DNA from: Flectonema sp. DT1601
Taxonomy: Eukaryota
Direction of reading: 5' to 3'
Assembly (NCBI GenBank): GCA_964019425.1
Contig: OZ025789.1
Location: 1,302,001 to 1,366,000 of the forward strand
Length of the DNA: 64,000 nt
Below are positions 1 through 11,800 of this stretch, piece by piece; the first letter of the stretch is position 1; every line of letters begins with the position of its first letter. The notes under the pieces are model-generated. The model had not been told where the DNA came from and ran no database searches. It saw only the letters and a program-made list of their open reading frames with translations. A program made the translations under genes and the position numbers.

Positions 1-1854
1 TTTTGCGATATCATACCAACAGAAGCTGTCGAAGAAATGATTAAAAAAGCTAGAATTGAAGACAGCTGCGGTCACATTATAACTTCAATAAGATCATCAT
101 CGGACGATGGGTATTTACAGTTGGCATCTCTACTTGAAATCTTTGATGCGATTAAAGAAAGCAGTGGTGATCCTGAATGGGACTCCCTACTCCTAGCGCT
201 CTCTGGAGTTAACACAGCTGATCACTTTTACGACGAGGTTAGAGTGGCTCGAATGATACTGGAAGCGTCTCCTGTCAAATACTGCATTGAATCTTTGGTC
301 ATTATTTCATTCCTATTTTATGGTTTAAAAATTCCTATAATCGCAACTCGTCATTCGGCCTCATCAACTGAGGCTCATGTTTTAGTGTTTCTGTGTGACA
401 TTATTTTCACAATCGTTTACGTAGCCGACATACTACTGAAACTTAACACGGCTGTTTTAATGAACGGTAAGCTGCTTAGTAGATCTACTGGATCGAAGCA
501 ATATATCTTTTCTGTTCGTTTTGCAGTTGACTTAGTTGGAACAATCCCTTTTGATGTCGTGTTTCAGTTGATTAACGCCAACAAAGAAATGATTTTCACA
601 TCACCCCTACGACTACTAAGAATATTCTGGATTAAAAATTTATTTAAATTCTGTGGAACTGGAATAGTCAAACCGAGAGATATAAAATTATCTTATAGAT
701 ACGTCCCGATGATACGACTATCTCTCACTTGTATTTTATTTGTTCATTGTATGGCTTGTTGTTTTTTTGTTGTCAGTTGTGAAGTAAACTGTGGTTATGA
801 CATGCCGACCTCAAAGCAATACCGTACTTCGTTATATTGGGTTTTGTATACTCTAAGTTCTGTTGGATACGGGGATGTTGTCGTCCCGACTGATGCTGCG
901 AAAATACTAAGCATGATCTTGTTTATCATTACGATTATAGTAAATAGTTGGTTGGTTGGAAAAATGACTTCCGCAATGGTCATACTTGACACTGCAGGAG
1001 AACAACGAGAAATGATGAGAAGAACACTTCAGGTTGTAAATCACTTCGGAATGCCTTCAGAAGTAGTAGAGGATATACTATCTTTACAGAATCATTTATT
1101 AGGAGAGAAGATGCATCTGAATTCATTCATAGATATAGTGGGTATGCTTCCTGAACCACTTCAACACACACTGTCTTTGTACTTTAGAGTCCATCATCTT
1201 AATATGATTGATTTATTTCAGGGAATATCAGGACCATCGAAAGTCGCTATCGCCAACAGTCTTGAGCGTGAGGTTCGGGGACGAGGTGATTACATAACAT
1301 TTCAAGATGATGAGTCAACGGAGATGTATTTCTTAGTTCATGGTCTATGTGAAGTTAGGTGTAATGATGTTTATATCGCCACACTTATGAAAGGAGCTAT
1401 CTTTGGAGAGTGTGGAATTGCCTTTGCAGGACAGCGAACATCATCGGTCAGGTGTCTAACTTACTGTGAGCTAATGGTACTTCGTAAGGAGAGTATTACA
1501 GCAATTAAAAATCAATATCCGGACGTTGCTACTCACCTAGAAAAGAACGCTGCTGATATTCGTTCAATTGCATCAACGCGAGCAATGAGCGATGATGTCG
1601 GAAGCCCCCGTACTCTCAACAGACTAATGCATGAATTTAACTGTTTAGAAGCTGAATCTCGCGCGATTGACGAAGTTGTTCTTGCTGGTGAAGTACGCCC
1701 AAGCTTAAGTACACAAAATGACAAAGCTGTTGAAAAAGATATTCAGAGAGAGCTTTGCAAAACTCAGCAATGTCTCAACGCGAATGTGACTTTATTATTA
1801 TCAAAGTTGGAGAATCAGAGTGTCAACAGCCCTGTGTCACAGCCAATGCTGTAA
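1..1854 (+). CDS. Cyclic-nucleotide-gated/KCNH-HCN-like potassium channel, probably 5'-partial
   Basis: Hydrophobic TM helices, S4-like PLRLLRIFWIK, pore helix and filter YWVLYTLSSVGYGD (GYGD at 865-876), C-linker, and cNMP-binding domain FGECGIAFAGQRTSSVRC. Frame 1 is open from base 1, so the true start may lie upstream of the window. Confidence 0.9.
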   Translation, partial: FCDIIPTEAVEEMIKKARIEDSCGHIITSIRSSSDDGYLQLASLLEIFDAIKESSGDPEWDSLLLALSGVNTADHFYDEVRVARMILEASPVKYCIESLVIISFLFYGLKIPIIATRHSASSTEAHVLVFLCDIIFTIVYVADILLKLNTAVLMNGKLLSRSTGSKQYIFSVRFAVDLVGTIPFDVVFQLINANKEMIFTSPLRLLRIFWIKNLFKFCGTGIVKPRDIKLSYRYVPMIRLSLTCILFVHCMACCFFVVSCEVNCGYDMPTSKQYRTSLYWVLYTLSSVGYGDVVVPTDAAKILSMILFIITIIVNSWLVGKMTSAMVILDTAGEQREMMRRTLQVVNHFGMPSEVVEDILSLQNHLLGEKMHLNSFIDIVGMLPEPLQHTLSLYFRVHHLNMIDLFQGISGPSKVAIANSLEREVRGRGDYITFQDDESTEMYFLVHGLCEVRCNDVYIATLMKGAIFGECGIAFAGQRTSSVRCLTYCELMVLRKESITAIKNQYPDVATHLEKNAADIRSIASTRAMSDDVGSPRTLNRLMHEFNCLEAESRAIDEVVLAGEVRPSLSTQNDKAVEKDIQRELCKTQQCLNANVTLLLSKLENQSVNSPVSQPML

Positions 1855-2277
1855 AAAAAAAAAAAAAAAAACAACAACAAAACCTTCTCAACTGCCCTCA
1901 CAATTTAAGGTTTTTTTTTAATAATTTAATTTTAAATTATTGGAGGACTTCCTGCATATCGACTTACACTCATTTAGCCTTCTAGATTTGTCTTGCTTTT
2001 TTCTTTTTCTTAACTTTCTAATTATTTGTTTCTGTTTCTCTTACTCATGTGGAGTACTTTAACTCCCTTTTCAGGGATGATATTACTTCAGGTACGCCAG
2101 CTTTGCTGACTTTTTGATCTTTTTTGTTGTATTTTTTTCCCCTTCATTTTTTATTTAGTTCCCTCCTCTAGGCTTCAGTATAATGGGATAGCTATTCTAG
2201 TGTTTGTGAATCAGCAGCTTGTTTCGGAGAGTGAATGTAATTTCCATTTTTATGTTTTTCCCTCACTCCAGGTTAAA

Positions 2278-5200
2278 ATGTCTGCTCATCTTCCTAACAT
2301 GTCGTCCCCTAGAAACTTGTCAGATGCAAGTGGAGGTGGTTTTGAGGGGGGGTCAGGATATAAATTACTTTCTGTGAGATTCATCTTTGCTGCAATCTTT
2401 TCAGTTTCTATTGTGATGGCAGTCACATTCACTTCATTATTAATGATCTCAACATACTCTGAGGCCGTTGATGATACAAAAAGGAACGGAGAAGTTGCGA
2501 CAACACAATGCTTTCAACAAGCAGAACGATCCCTAGACACTGTGGCGTCTGATTTATTGACGTACTCTACTGAGGCAGTGGCAGGACAAATTCAAAATTC
2601 ATTTGATCTTGGATGGAAGCACTTGCAAGCACTTGAGGGAATTATTGCAACGTACCCAATCCCATCTGTTAATAGTACTTCGTGGTACGATAATATTCAT
2701 GTGAAGAAAGCTCTATGGCATCAGTTAGAGTTCTTTCGCTGGCCTGAGGATGAGTTGCCATTCATCACAGCTGTCGGTATCTATATCGGAGATAGTTTCT
2801 TATCCGATATGATTCACGGAGGACTTCAAATGGGTCTTCATGTTAATGGTCTTGAGACCAGATTGTATCCACTTCTACCTGCTGGTGCTTATCCTCCTGT
2901 TGGTTACCCTCTTAATTTTATTAACAATGATTCTGCTGCCCTTGTTGCTGCTCGTATCGATAACGTTTGGCCGAAGGGTGCATACCGGTGGGCTTCATTG
3001 GAAAAGGTTAACTCTTTCGTGGGGTACACCATGGTCGGACAAGGTTCTGTTCACGGTTTAGATTTGAACGTAATGTGTTCCATGACATTACAGTCGTTGA
3101 GTAGTTTTATGGAAAACCTGGTCAAAACTAGTCGTAAGTTGTCTGGCTCTGAAACGAGAATGTACACAGTTGTTGCTAAGTCTTGGATTAAGGAGCGTAA
3201 GAAGGAGATTTGGGACAACTACACAATGAGTTCTTCGTATCCTCTTCCAGCTGCACAACACGCTGCTATGGAGAGAGATTACTCTGATTGGTGGAAGTTT
3301 GATCAGGAGCACTTATTGACATCAGTTTCTGATGGTAAAGTTATTCGTGATACTGAAACCATGAACCCTTATCTGTTAGATGTTGAAGCCACTGATGACG
3401 TTATTCACGCTGTTGCTGTAGGTGTTCAGGCCTTCCCTAACAAGTACCAAGGCATCAACGAACACGGCGCTACAAAAGTATCGATTGTTAGACTCAACGA
3501 AACAGACAACAGTACCTACTCTGAACGATTCTTTGTTCAAGTAACACCTGTTAAGAACAGATATGGTATTGACTGGTGGTTAACTACTGCTATTGATGAG
3601 AAGTACGTCTACGGAGAAGTAACCAGCAAGCAAATTGAACTCCAAATGGAGATTGCATCAAAAACAGCTGACGTTGAAGATACGATCACAGAGAAGAGGA
3701 CCATGACACTTGTGATTGTTGTTTTTATTGGTTTGTTCTTAACTCTTGTTTCTCTTGCGTGTGCTCACATTACTATGATTCCATTGAAGACATTATCTGT
3801 TGATATGAATGATGTCGCGGTTATGAAGTTAGATAGAATCTCAACCTTTACTCATCTGAGTTCACTTCGTGAGATCCGACTGATGCAGCAGCACTTCCAT
3901 AAAATGGTTCAAAATCTGATGGAGTACAGAGCCTACGTTCCTAATGCAGTTATGCGTCAGGAAGTCTTGGTTGAGCCACCAGCAACTTCAAGTGTTGCCA
4001 TTGTATTCACAGACATTGAAGGTAGCACTGCTCTGTGGAACTTCAACCCTAGCTCGATGAATGCAGCGTTAGAGATTCACAACAACGTTATGCGTCAGGC
4101 AGCTATCCGTCATTTAGGATATGAAGTAAAGACCATCGGTGATTGTTTCATGATGGCATTTGAAAGGCCTTTGAATGCCATTGAGTTTGGTCTCACTGTC
4201 CAGCAGAACCTCCGCTCTGCAGAATGGCCTGCTGATCTCTGCTTCGATCAGGATGGATTACGTGTTCGTATTGGTTGTCACTTTGGTGAGGTAGTTCACG
4301 AAGAGAACCCAATGACTGGAAGAACTGACTACAGAGGAACTACTGTCAACACTGCCTCTAGATTAGAAGCGAAGGCTAAAAGTTGTACAGTTTGCGTTAC
4401 TTCAGAACTAAGAGATACTTTAACACAAGACATTGATCACATGAGTAGTATTAAAACTATTCCATTTGGTGCCCATGAACTAAAAGGTCTTGGTCAAGGA
4501 CATGATCTGGTTCTGTTAGTTCACAAAGATGTTACACTTACTGATCGCTCAAAGTCAAGAGATAATCCACCTGATAACGTAAAGGATAAGTGGGAGGAGT
4601 CAAGTCAAGGTGGATCTACTGGAAGTGGTGGAAGGAACAGTTTCCTGGGTGCACCAAATTATGGAAAGAGACACTCACGTAAGCCAACTGGATTGTCTCT
4701 TGTCAGCGGAGTTGCTACAGTCGCAATTTGTGTACTAAAGAGCAATCACAGAAACAATCTTTTTGACGACTTCAATTTGATGGTTCGTTTTGTTTCTGAA
4801 GCTTCAAACACATGCGATGGTGTTGTCGGAGCTGTGACTGGAACTTCGATTCTGATTTCGTGGAACACTTCGAAGGCTGCGAAGCGTCACCACTTCAACG
4901 CGATGAACTTTGCAGCGGATTTGGAAAGACGTGCTTCTCGAATTATGACAGTTGGTATCGCAACAGGAGTTGTACTCCACGGTAATATTGGTACTCAGAA
5001 ACAACGTTTTCACACTGTTTGCGGAGACCCTATGGATTGCTCAAGGGCACTTGCTGACCATGCTAATGCTATTGGTGCTTTCTGTTTGGTTGGTGACTGC
5101 ACTCATGATAAAATACTTTCCAATGACAAGTCATTCATAAGAACTATTGATGCTTGGTTATTAAGAGACAAAGTTGAGGAAGCTATAATTACTGTTTATG

Positions 5201-5532
5201 AACTACTGTCTCAGAAGATGGTTCGTAAATTAGAAGCACAGTGGAATGATGATAACATGGAAGATATCACTTCAGTTGATATGTCTATTGTAGACCATGA
5301 GAATAGTATGGCGAAACTGCTTAGTGGAGATGAGATAGCTCTTGATGACTTAAAAAGGAACCATGCGCTCAATCCTGGAGACTGCGTTCTTCAGAACGTA
5401 ATTCATATGTTTGAAACTCCTATTCAAGCAGACGGCGCCCGTTGTGAAGTAGAGTTCAATAATATCCCCCACGCTGCTAACAATTGGCATTGCGTTAGTT
5501 CTGGGGAACCTCTGATAGTTACGTCACTTTGA
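2278..5532 (+). CDS. Receptor-type adenylate cyclase (TM, extracellular domain, TM, class III cyclase, degenerate second cyclase domain), paralog 1
   Basis: Motifs IVFTDIEGST, YEVKTIGDCFM, RVRIGCHFG and DYRGTTVNTASRLE. Two hydrophobic segments flank a ~420 aa domain. ATG 2278 follows a CAG acceptor at 2269-2271, so the track's GTG at 2200 is unlikely to be the start. Confidence 0.92.
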   Translation: MSAHLPNMSSPRNLSDASGGGFEGGSGYKLLSVRFIFAAIFSVSIVMAVTFTSLLMISTYSEAVDDTKRNGEVATTQCFQQAERSLDTVASDLLTYSTEAVAGQIQNSFDLGWKHLQALEGIIATYPIPSVNSTSWYDNIHVKKALWHQLEFFRWPEDELPFITAVGIYIGDSFLSDMIHGGLQMGLHVNGLETRLYPLLPAGAYPPVGYPLNFINNDSAALVAARIDNVWPKGAYRWASLEKVNSFVGYTMVGQGSVHGLDLNVMCSMTLQSLSSFMENLVKTSRKLSGSETRMYTVVAKSWIKERKKEIWDNYTMSSSYPLPAAQHAAMERDYSDWWKFDQEHLLTSVSDGKVIRDTETMNPYLLDVEATDDVIHAVAVGVQAFPNKYQGINEHGATKVSIVRLNETDNSTYSERFFVQVTPVKNRYGIDWWLTTAIDEKYVYGEVTSKQIELQMEIASKTADVEDTITEKRTMTLVIVVFIGLFLTLVSLACAHITMIPLKTLSVDMNDVAVMKLDRISTFTHLSSLREIRLMQQHFHKMVQNLMEYRAYVPNAVMRQEVLVEPPATSSVAIVFTDIEGSTALWNFNPSSMNAALEIHNNVMRQAAIRHLGYEVKTIGDCFMMAFERPLNAIEFGLTVQQNLRSAEWPADLCFDQDGLRVRIGCHFGEVVHEENPMTGRTDYRGTTVNTASRLEAKAKSCTVCVTSELRDTLTQDIDHMSSIKTIPFGAHELKGLGQGHDLVLLVHKDVTLTDRSKSRDNPPDNVKDKWEESSQGGSTGSGGRNSFLGAPNYGKRHSRKPTGLSLVSGVATVAICVLKSNHRNNLFDDFNLMVRFVSEASNTCDGVVGAVTGTSILISWNTSKAAKRHHFNAMNFAADLERRASRIMTVGIATGVVLHGNIGTQKQRFHTVCGDPMDCSRALADHANAIGAFCLVGDCTHDKILSNDKSFIRTIDAWLLRDKVEEAIITVYELLSQKMVRKLEAQWNDDNMEDITSVDMSIVDHENSMAKLLSGDEIALDDLKRNHALNPGDCVLQNVIHMFETPIQADGARCEVEFNNIPHAANNWHCVSSGEPLIVTSL

Positions 5533-8500
5533 TTATTTATTTTGTATTTTTATTTTTTCTCTTGAAAAGAAAAATCCCCACCATATTTTTTCAAAAAAAA
5601 AAAAAAATTCGCATAATTAACTTGACTGTTTTTGGAGTATTTTTTTTTTTTATCTGAAATTATTATGGGGAAGAGCTCACGTAAATCTTTTTTTTTTCCC
5701 CCTATCTTGTCCACCTATGTGACTTTGTCATTTCCTAGTCGTAAGCTATCAAGTAACTATCCTGACTAAATAACTAATTTAGTATGTGTGTGGAATTTCC
5801 ACCCAATGCAACGATAGCTGTTTCGGGTTTGCTTAATGGCACTAGCCTTTCTGCTTCGACAACTTTAAGTACACAAAGTGCCGTAAGTTGGTTCCTACAT
5901 TGGGGTTTTTTTTCCCTCCTTTTTTTCTTTTGATGAATTATGGCTCAAAATATACCGAACCTGTGACCTGGGGCTCTGGCCTGACTGTGCACTCTGTCGC
6001 ATAAGGTACTTGTTTCCCAACCTAGCATGAGAGCTTCTGGACACACATCAATAAACACTTAGCCAGGATAACATAAAATCTTTTTACTTCCCTCTGGTAA
6101 ACAACTGAAAAAAAAAGAAAGAAAAAAAAAATAGATTTTTGCTCTTAAAAAAAAGATACTTTTTGTGCTCCCAAAAAAAAGAGTAAATTTCATTTTATCA
6201 ATACATCTCGGTGTCCATCTTCATAGGTTCGGGTTAGATGAACCCCTTGGGGATCGGAAGCTTTGGTGTATCTTGGGCCATTATTTTTCAAAAAAAGTAC
6301 ATTTTGCTAAGTTTATCTTTTTTTTTTTTTTTAAATTTATTTATTTATGGTTATTTTAAATGACCAGTATTCACGAACAACAAAAAAAAAAAAAAAAAAG
6401 AAATTTGTGAATTATTTTAGTTTGAGGTGCCGAATTCTATTTTTTTTTTCTATTTAGTTATGTTGGTAGCACGCCATCCTTTCTAGATCAAGCATTCTTG
6501 ACAGGGTTGTGAATGATAAATTACTTTGCAGTCAAATATTTTTTTGTGCAAAACCAACTTTTGACGGATACCCAAAATGGCAACTTACAATTGAAAAAAA
6601 AAAAAAAAAAATCAAAATGATAAAATTCAAAGTACGTTGCCCGGTGCTTCTGCAACTTCATGTGGTCTGTGCGTAGACGTTGGTTTTCAAATTCAAATCT
6701 ATAAATCCGCTTTTCTTTTTTATACCTACAAACCTATTGTTCGGGTAGAAAGAGAATTGTGGACAGCGTAGCTAACCTATTCCTTTATTAGGATACTATA
6801 TCGGTTGCGCACAAACAAAAAAAACAAAAAAACAAAAAATGTTGAGTAAAAAAAGTAAAGTGAAGTTGGGCCGATTCCTTTTTCTGCACAAGAAAGGTCG
6901 GAAGAAACAAAAGAAAGAAAAGAACAGAAGAAAAAAAAGAAAAAAAAAAAGAACAACCGCTGCTGAAATAAAATGTAGTGAACAATAAATCTCAATCTAT
7001 ATAATTATTTTCGAAGCTGTTTTCTTTTATTCTTGTTACCCAAATCCTTGCCGTTGTGAATAGCTCCCGGCTTTTGAGGAGTCATGCCTGGCTTTTTTTT
7101 TTTTTTTTTATCACATAAACTAGTGAGGTTTTCCCTTTACAGGGACAACCTCGCTGTAGAACTCTTTTCCTTTCTATTTTAAGTACTAGCCGTGCGGCAC
7201 AATGTAGTTTCAGTTTACTCTGTTCAGCATGTAGCCATTCCACCACAGGCGGAAATAGCTGAGCAGTGACGGACTGGCAGTCAGTCTTGGTGTGGTTGTT
7301 ATTTTGCCTCACTAGAGATTACCACAGGAAGGTCGCCGAAGCAGGCCCTTTTTTTAAACTTCAACATTATGTTTATTTCTTTTTTAACCCCCCCTTTTTT
7401 TTTTTTTTCCCCCTTCCCTTTTTTTAAAAAATGGGTTAGTACCTGTTTTACACACCCGCTTACTATGCTGAATTTATCAGGATTTTTTCCCCCCTAAGAT
7501 TGCTTTGTCAATGACAAAAAGAAAAAAAAAAAAAAAAAAAATTCAGTTTTTTTTATTTTTTTTTATTTTTATTCTTATTGGCTTTTTCTAACTAAGTTAT
7601 TCATTGACTAGCACACTATTTCATAACAACATTGTATTCTATCTTCTCTTGTGTATTTTGTAAGCAACGTTTCTGAAGGCAACAGCAGCTGTATTGATGT
7701 TGCTCTCTGCACTGCTTTTTCTTTCCACGATTGATGCCGTAGTTGAAATAATTTAATTTCATGACGTGGTAGTATTTTTTTTTACCATTGTACTTCATAA
7801 TATAACTAAACAAATCGTTAGTTAGTTTTCCCTTCCACATCACACATAAGTTTATCGCCTTCAAACGTGGTGCTTACGTTACTGATATATCCCACTACCA
7901 TTTACCCAAAACACATGTAGGCAGTACTGTTCTTGAGCTTTCCTTTGCTTTTTCTGTGTTATTATTATTTATTTCCCCCTCTGTCTCTCTCTCTCTCTCT
8001 CTCCCATTTATTTCTTTTCGATATTCTTACAGCTGACATCATTCGTGAGGTCCACTCAATCAGTTTCTCTCCCTTGAAGTTTTGCTTCCTTCTACACAAC
8101 TGTTTCAATATTGTTAGGCATACTTCTGTACCCGTTCCTGTCTTCTCATAACCTTAGGACTTGAGACTATCAGCAGGTAAGGAGGACCCTGTTGATTTGA
8201 TTGACTTCTAAGGGACTAATAGAGCTATCGACTTGTGGGTTTAGCTTTGGATTACATCTTTTACACATTAACACGGATGTTCCAAGGCGAGCTCAGTGAG
8301 AAAAATATTGCAAGAGTTTAGCGACTTTTGCACTTCTGGTGCGTTATATCCCTCTCTTCTTTTTTGGTTATCTAATTGTGTTGTTTACGTAAGTTGATTA
8401 ACCATATAGTAACATTATCTTTTTTTTTCATAATTCCCTTGTTCCTTCTCATAATTACATAACGGTTAGCGTAAAGTTACGGAACCGATTTATCTTGGTG

Positions 8501-8844
8501 CAGTACTTTCGTTTATGGTGCGTAGTTATACCACTTCCTCCCTCTTATGTCGTTATCCAACGTAAATACTGCTGGTGTTGTTAGTGAGGAACCAGTTCTT
8601 TTGTAATGATTTTGTGTTTGTTTCGCATTAGGATGTTTTTTTTAATTTGTTATGTCGTTTTATTTCTTCAGACAAAAAAAAAAAAAAAAAAATGATAATA
8701 TTGAAGTTGTTGTTGGAAATGTTATTTTTAGTTCAATGCGAAAAAAAAACTAATTCTGTATCCTTAGAGCTTTTCCTGGCTTTTGGCTTCCTATAGGCTT
8801 CGTAAATAAAATAAATAAAATTAAATTTCACCCCACAGGCTAAG

Positions 8845-11800
8845 ATGTCCGCCCCTCTAGTCCCTGCGACGAATGACCATTCGTGTAGTGATATTCTTGT
8901 AAATGTCCCATCGTCTGGAGAGTTATCTGAACACTCCGCCAGTGGCAGCGCTTACTTCGAGGGGGGGTCCGGATGTAAATTACTTTCTGTGAGATTCATC
9001 TTTGCTGCAATCTTTTCAGTTTCTATTGTGATGGCAGTCACATTCACTTCAGTATTAATGATCTCAACATACTCTGAGGCCGTTGATGATACAAAAAGGA
9101 ACGGAGAAGTTGCGACAACACAATGCTTTCAACAGGCAGAACGATCCCTAGACACTGTGGCGTCTGATTTATTGACGTACTCTACTGAGGCAGTGGCAGG
9201 ACAAATTCAAAATTCATTTGATCTTGGATGGAAGCACTTGCAAGCACTTGAGGGAATTGTTGCATCATATGCAATCCCATCTGTTAATAGTACTTCGTGG
9301 TACGGTAATATTCATGTGAAGAAAGCTCTATGGACGCATTTGGAATTTTACCGTTGGCCTGAGGATGAGTTGCCATTCATCACTGCAATCGGTATTTATA
9401 TTGATGACGGGTTTCTTTCTAATTTAATTCACGGAGGAAATCAACTGGCACTTCACGTTAAGGGGAACAGTGCTTTCCTATACCCACTTGGACCCTCAGG
9501 CGAATATTCTCCTGTCGGTTACCCAACTGGTTTCAAGAATACCGATTCTGCTGCCCTTGTTGCTGCTCGTATCGATAACGTTTGGCCGAAGGGTGCATAC
9601 CGGTGGGCTTCATTGGAAAAGGTTAACTCTTTCGTGGGGTACACCATGGTCGGACAAGGTTCTGTTCACGGTTTAGATTTGAACGTAATGTGCTCCATGA
9701 CATTACAGTCGTTGAGTAGTTTTATGGAAAACCTGGTCAAAACTAGTCGTAAGTTGTCTGGCTCTGAAACGAGAATGTACACAGTTGTTGCTAAATCGTG
9801 GATTAAGGAGCGTAAGAAGGAGATTTGGGACAACTACACAATGAGTTCTTCGTATCCTCTTCCAGCTGCTGAACACGCTGCTATGGAGAGAGATTACGCT
9901 GATTGGTGGAAGTTTGATCAGGAGCACTTATTGACATCAGTTTCTGATGGTAAAGTTATCTCTGATCCAGGAGCTGTAAACCCTTACCTGCCTGATGTTG
10001 AAGCCACTGATGACGTTATTCACGCTGTTGCTGTAGCTGTTCAGGCCTTCCCTAACAAGTACCAAGGTATCAACGAAAACGGTGCTACAAAAGTTAACGT
10101 CATTCGAGTAAACTCCACCAACAACAGTACCTACTCTGAACGATTCTTTGCTCAAGTAACACCTGTTAAGAACAGATATGGTATTGACTGGTGGTTAACT
10201 ACTGCTATTGATGAGAAGTACGTCTACGGAGAAGTAACTAAAAAACAAGTTGAACTCCAAATGGAGATCATTACGAAAACAGCTGATGTTGACAGCACTA
10301 TTGATAGGAAGAGAACCTTGACACTTGTTATTATCGCAGTTATCGGTTTAGGTTTGACTCTTGTTTCTCTTGCGTGCGGTCACGTTACTATGATTCCACT
10401 TAAACGTTTATCGATTGATATGAATGATGTCGCGGTTATGAAGTTAGATAGAATCTCAACCTTTACTCATCTGAGTTCACTTCGTGAGATCCGACTGATG
10501 CAGCAGCACTTCCATAAAATGGTTCAAAATCTGATGGAGTACAGAGCCTACGTTCCTAATGCAGTTATGCGTCAGGAAGTCTTGGTTGAGCCACCAGCAA
10601 CTTCAAGTGTTGCCATTGTATTCACAGACATTGAAGGTAGCACTGCTCTGTGGAACTTCAACCCTAGCTCAATGAATGCAGCGTTAGAGATTCACAACAA
10701 CGTTATGCGTCAGGCAGCTATCCGTCATTTAGGATATGAAGTAAAGACAATTGGAGATGCTTTCATGATGGCATTTGAAAAGCCTTTGAACGCCGTTGAG
10801 TTTGGTCTCACTGTCCAGCAGAACCTCCGCTCTGCAGAATGGCCTGCTGATCTCTGCTTCGATCAGGATGGATTACGTGTTCGTATTGGTTGTCACTTTG
10901 GTGAGGTAGTTCACGAAGAGAACCCAATGACTGGAAGAACTGACTACAGAGGAACTACTGTCAACACTGCCTCTAGATTAGAAGGAAAGGCCAAGGGTTG
11001 CACTGTCTGTATTACTTCAGAACTAAAAGACGTGTTATCACAGGAGATGGATAACATGAGTAGTATCAAATCTCTTCCATTTGGAAGCCACGAACTGAAG
11101 GGTCTTGGAACGGGTCACGATTTGATTTTGTTGGCTCACAAAGATGTTACGATTACTGATCGCGCAAAGTACAAGGACATTAGTCCAACACCAGGTAACT
11201 TAGTAGGAAGGGAGAAGTACGAGAAATCAAGTCAAGGTGGATCTACTGGTAGTGGTGGTATGACTTTAAAGAGTAGTGGTGTTGGATTATCACCAGGCGT
11301 TAAGAGACACTCACGTAAGCCAACTGGATTGTCTCTTGTCAGTGGAACTGCTACAGTTGCAATGTGCGTACTAAAGAGCAGACACAGAAACAATCTTTTT
11401 GACGACTTCAATTTGATGGTTCGTTTTGTTTCTGAAGCTTCAAACACATGCGATGGTGTTGTCGGAGCTGTGACTGGAACTTCGATTCTGATTTCGTGGA
11501 ACACTTCGAAGGCTGCGAAGCGTCACCACTTCAACGCGATGAACTTTGCAGCGGTTTTGGAAAGACGTGCTTCTCGAATTATGACAGTTGGTATCGCAAC
11601 AGGAGTTGTACTCCACGGTAATATTGGTACTCAGAAACAACGTTTTCACACTGTTTGCGGAGACCCTATGGATTGCTCAAGGGCACTTGCTGACCATGCT
11701 AATGCTATTGGTGCTTTCTGTTTGGTTGGTGACTGCACTCGTGACGACAGACTAGCAGAAGACAAGTCATTCATAAGAACTATTGATGCTTGGTTATTAA

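Noticed and set aside
2092..2271. Possible 5'-UTR introns before the cyclases (CAG|GTACG at 2092; CAG|GTAAG at 8177)
   Set aside because: Donor-like sites alone cannot be validated without transcripts.
5600..8800. Short ORFs between the cyclases
   Set aside because: Poly-F/poly-K translations of homopolymer tracts with no coding signal.
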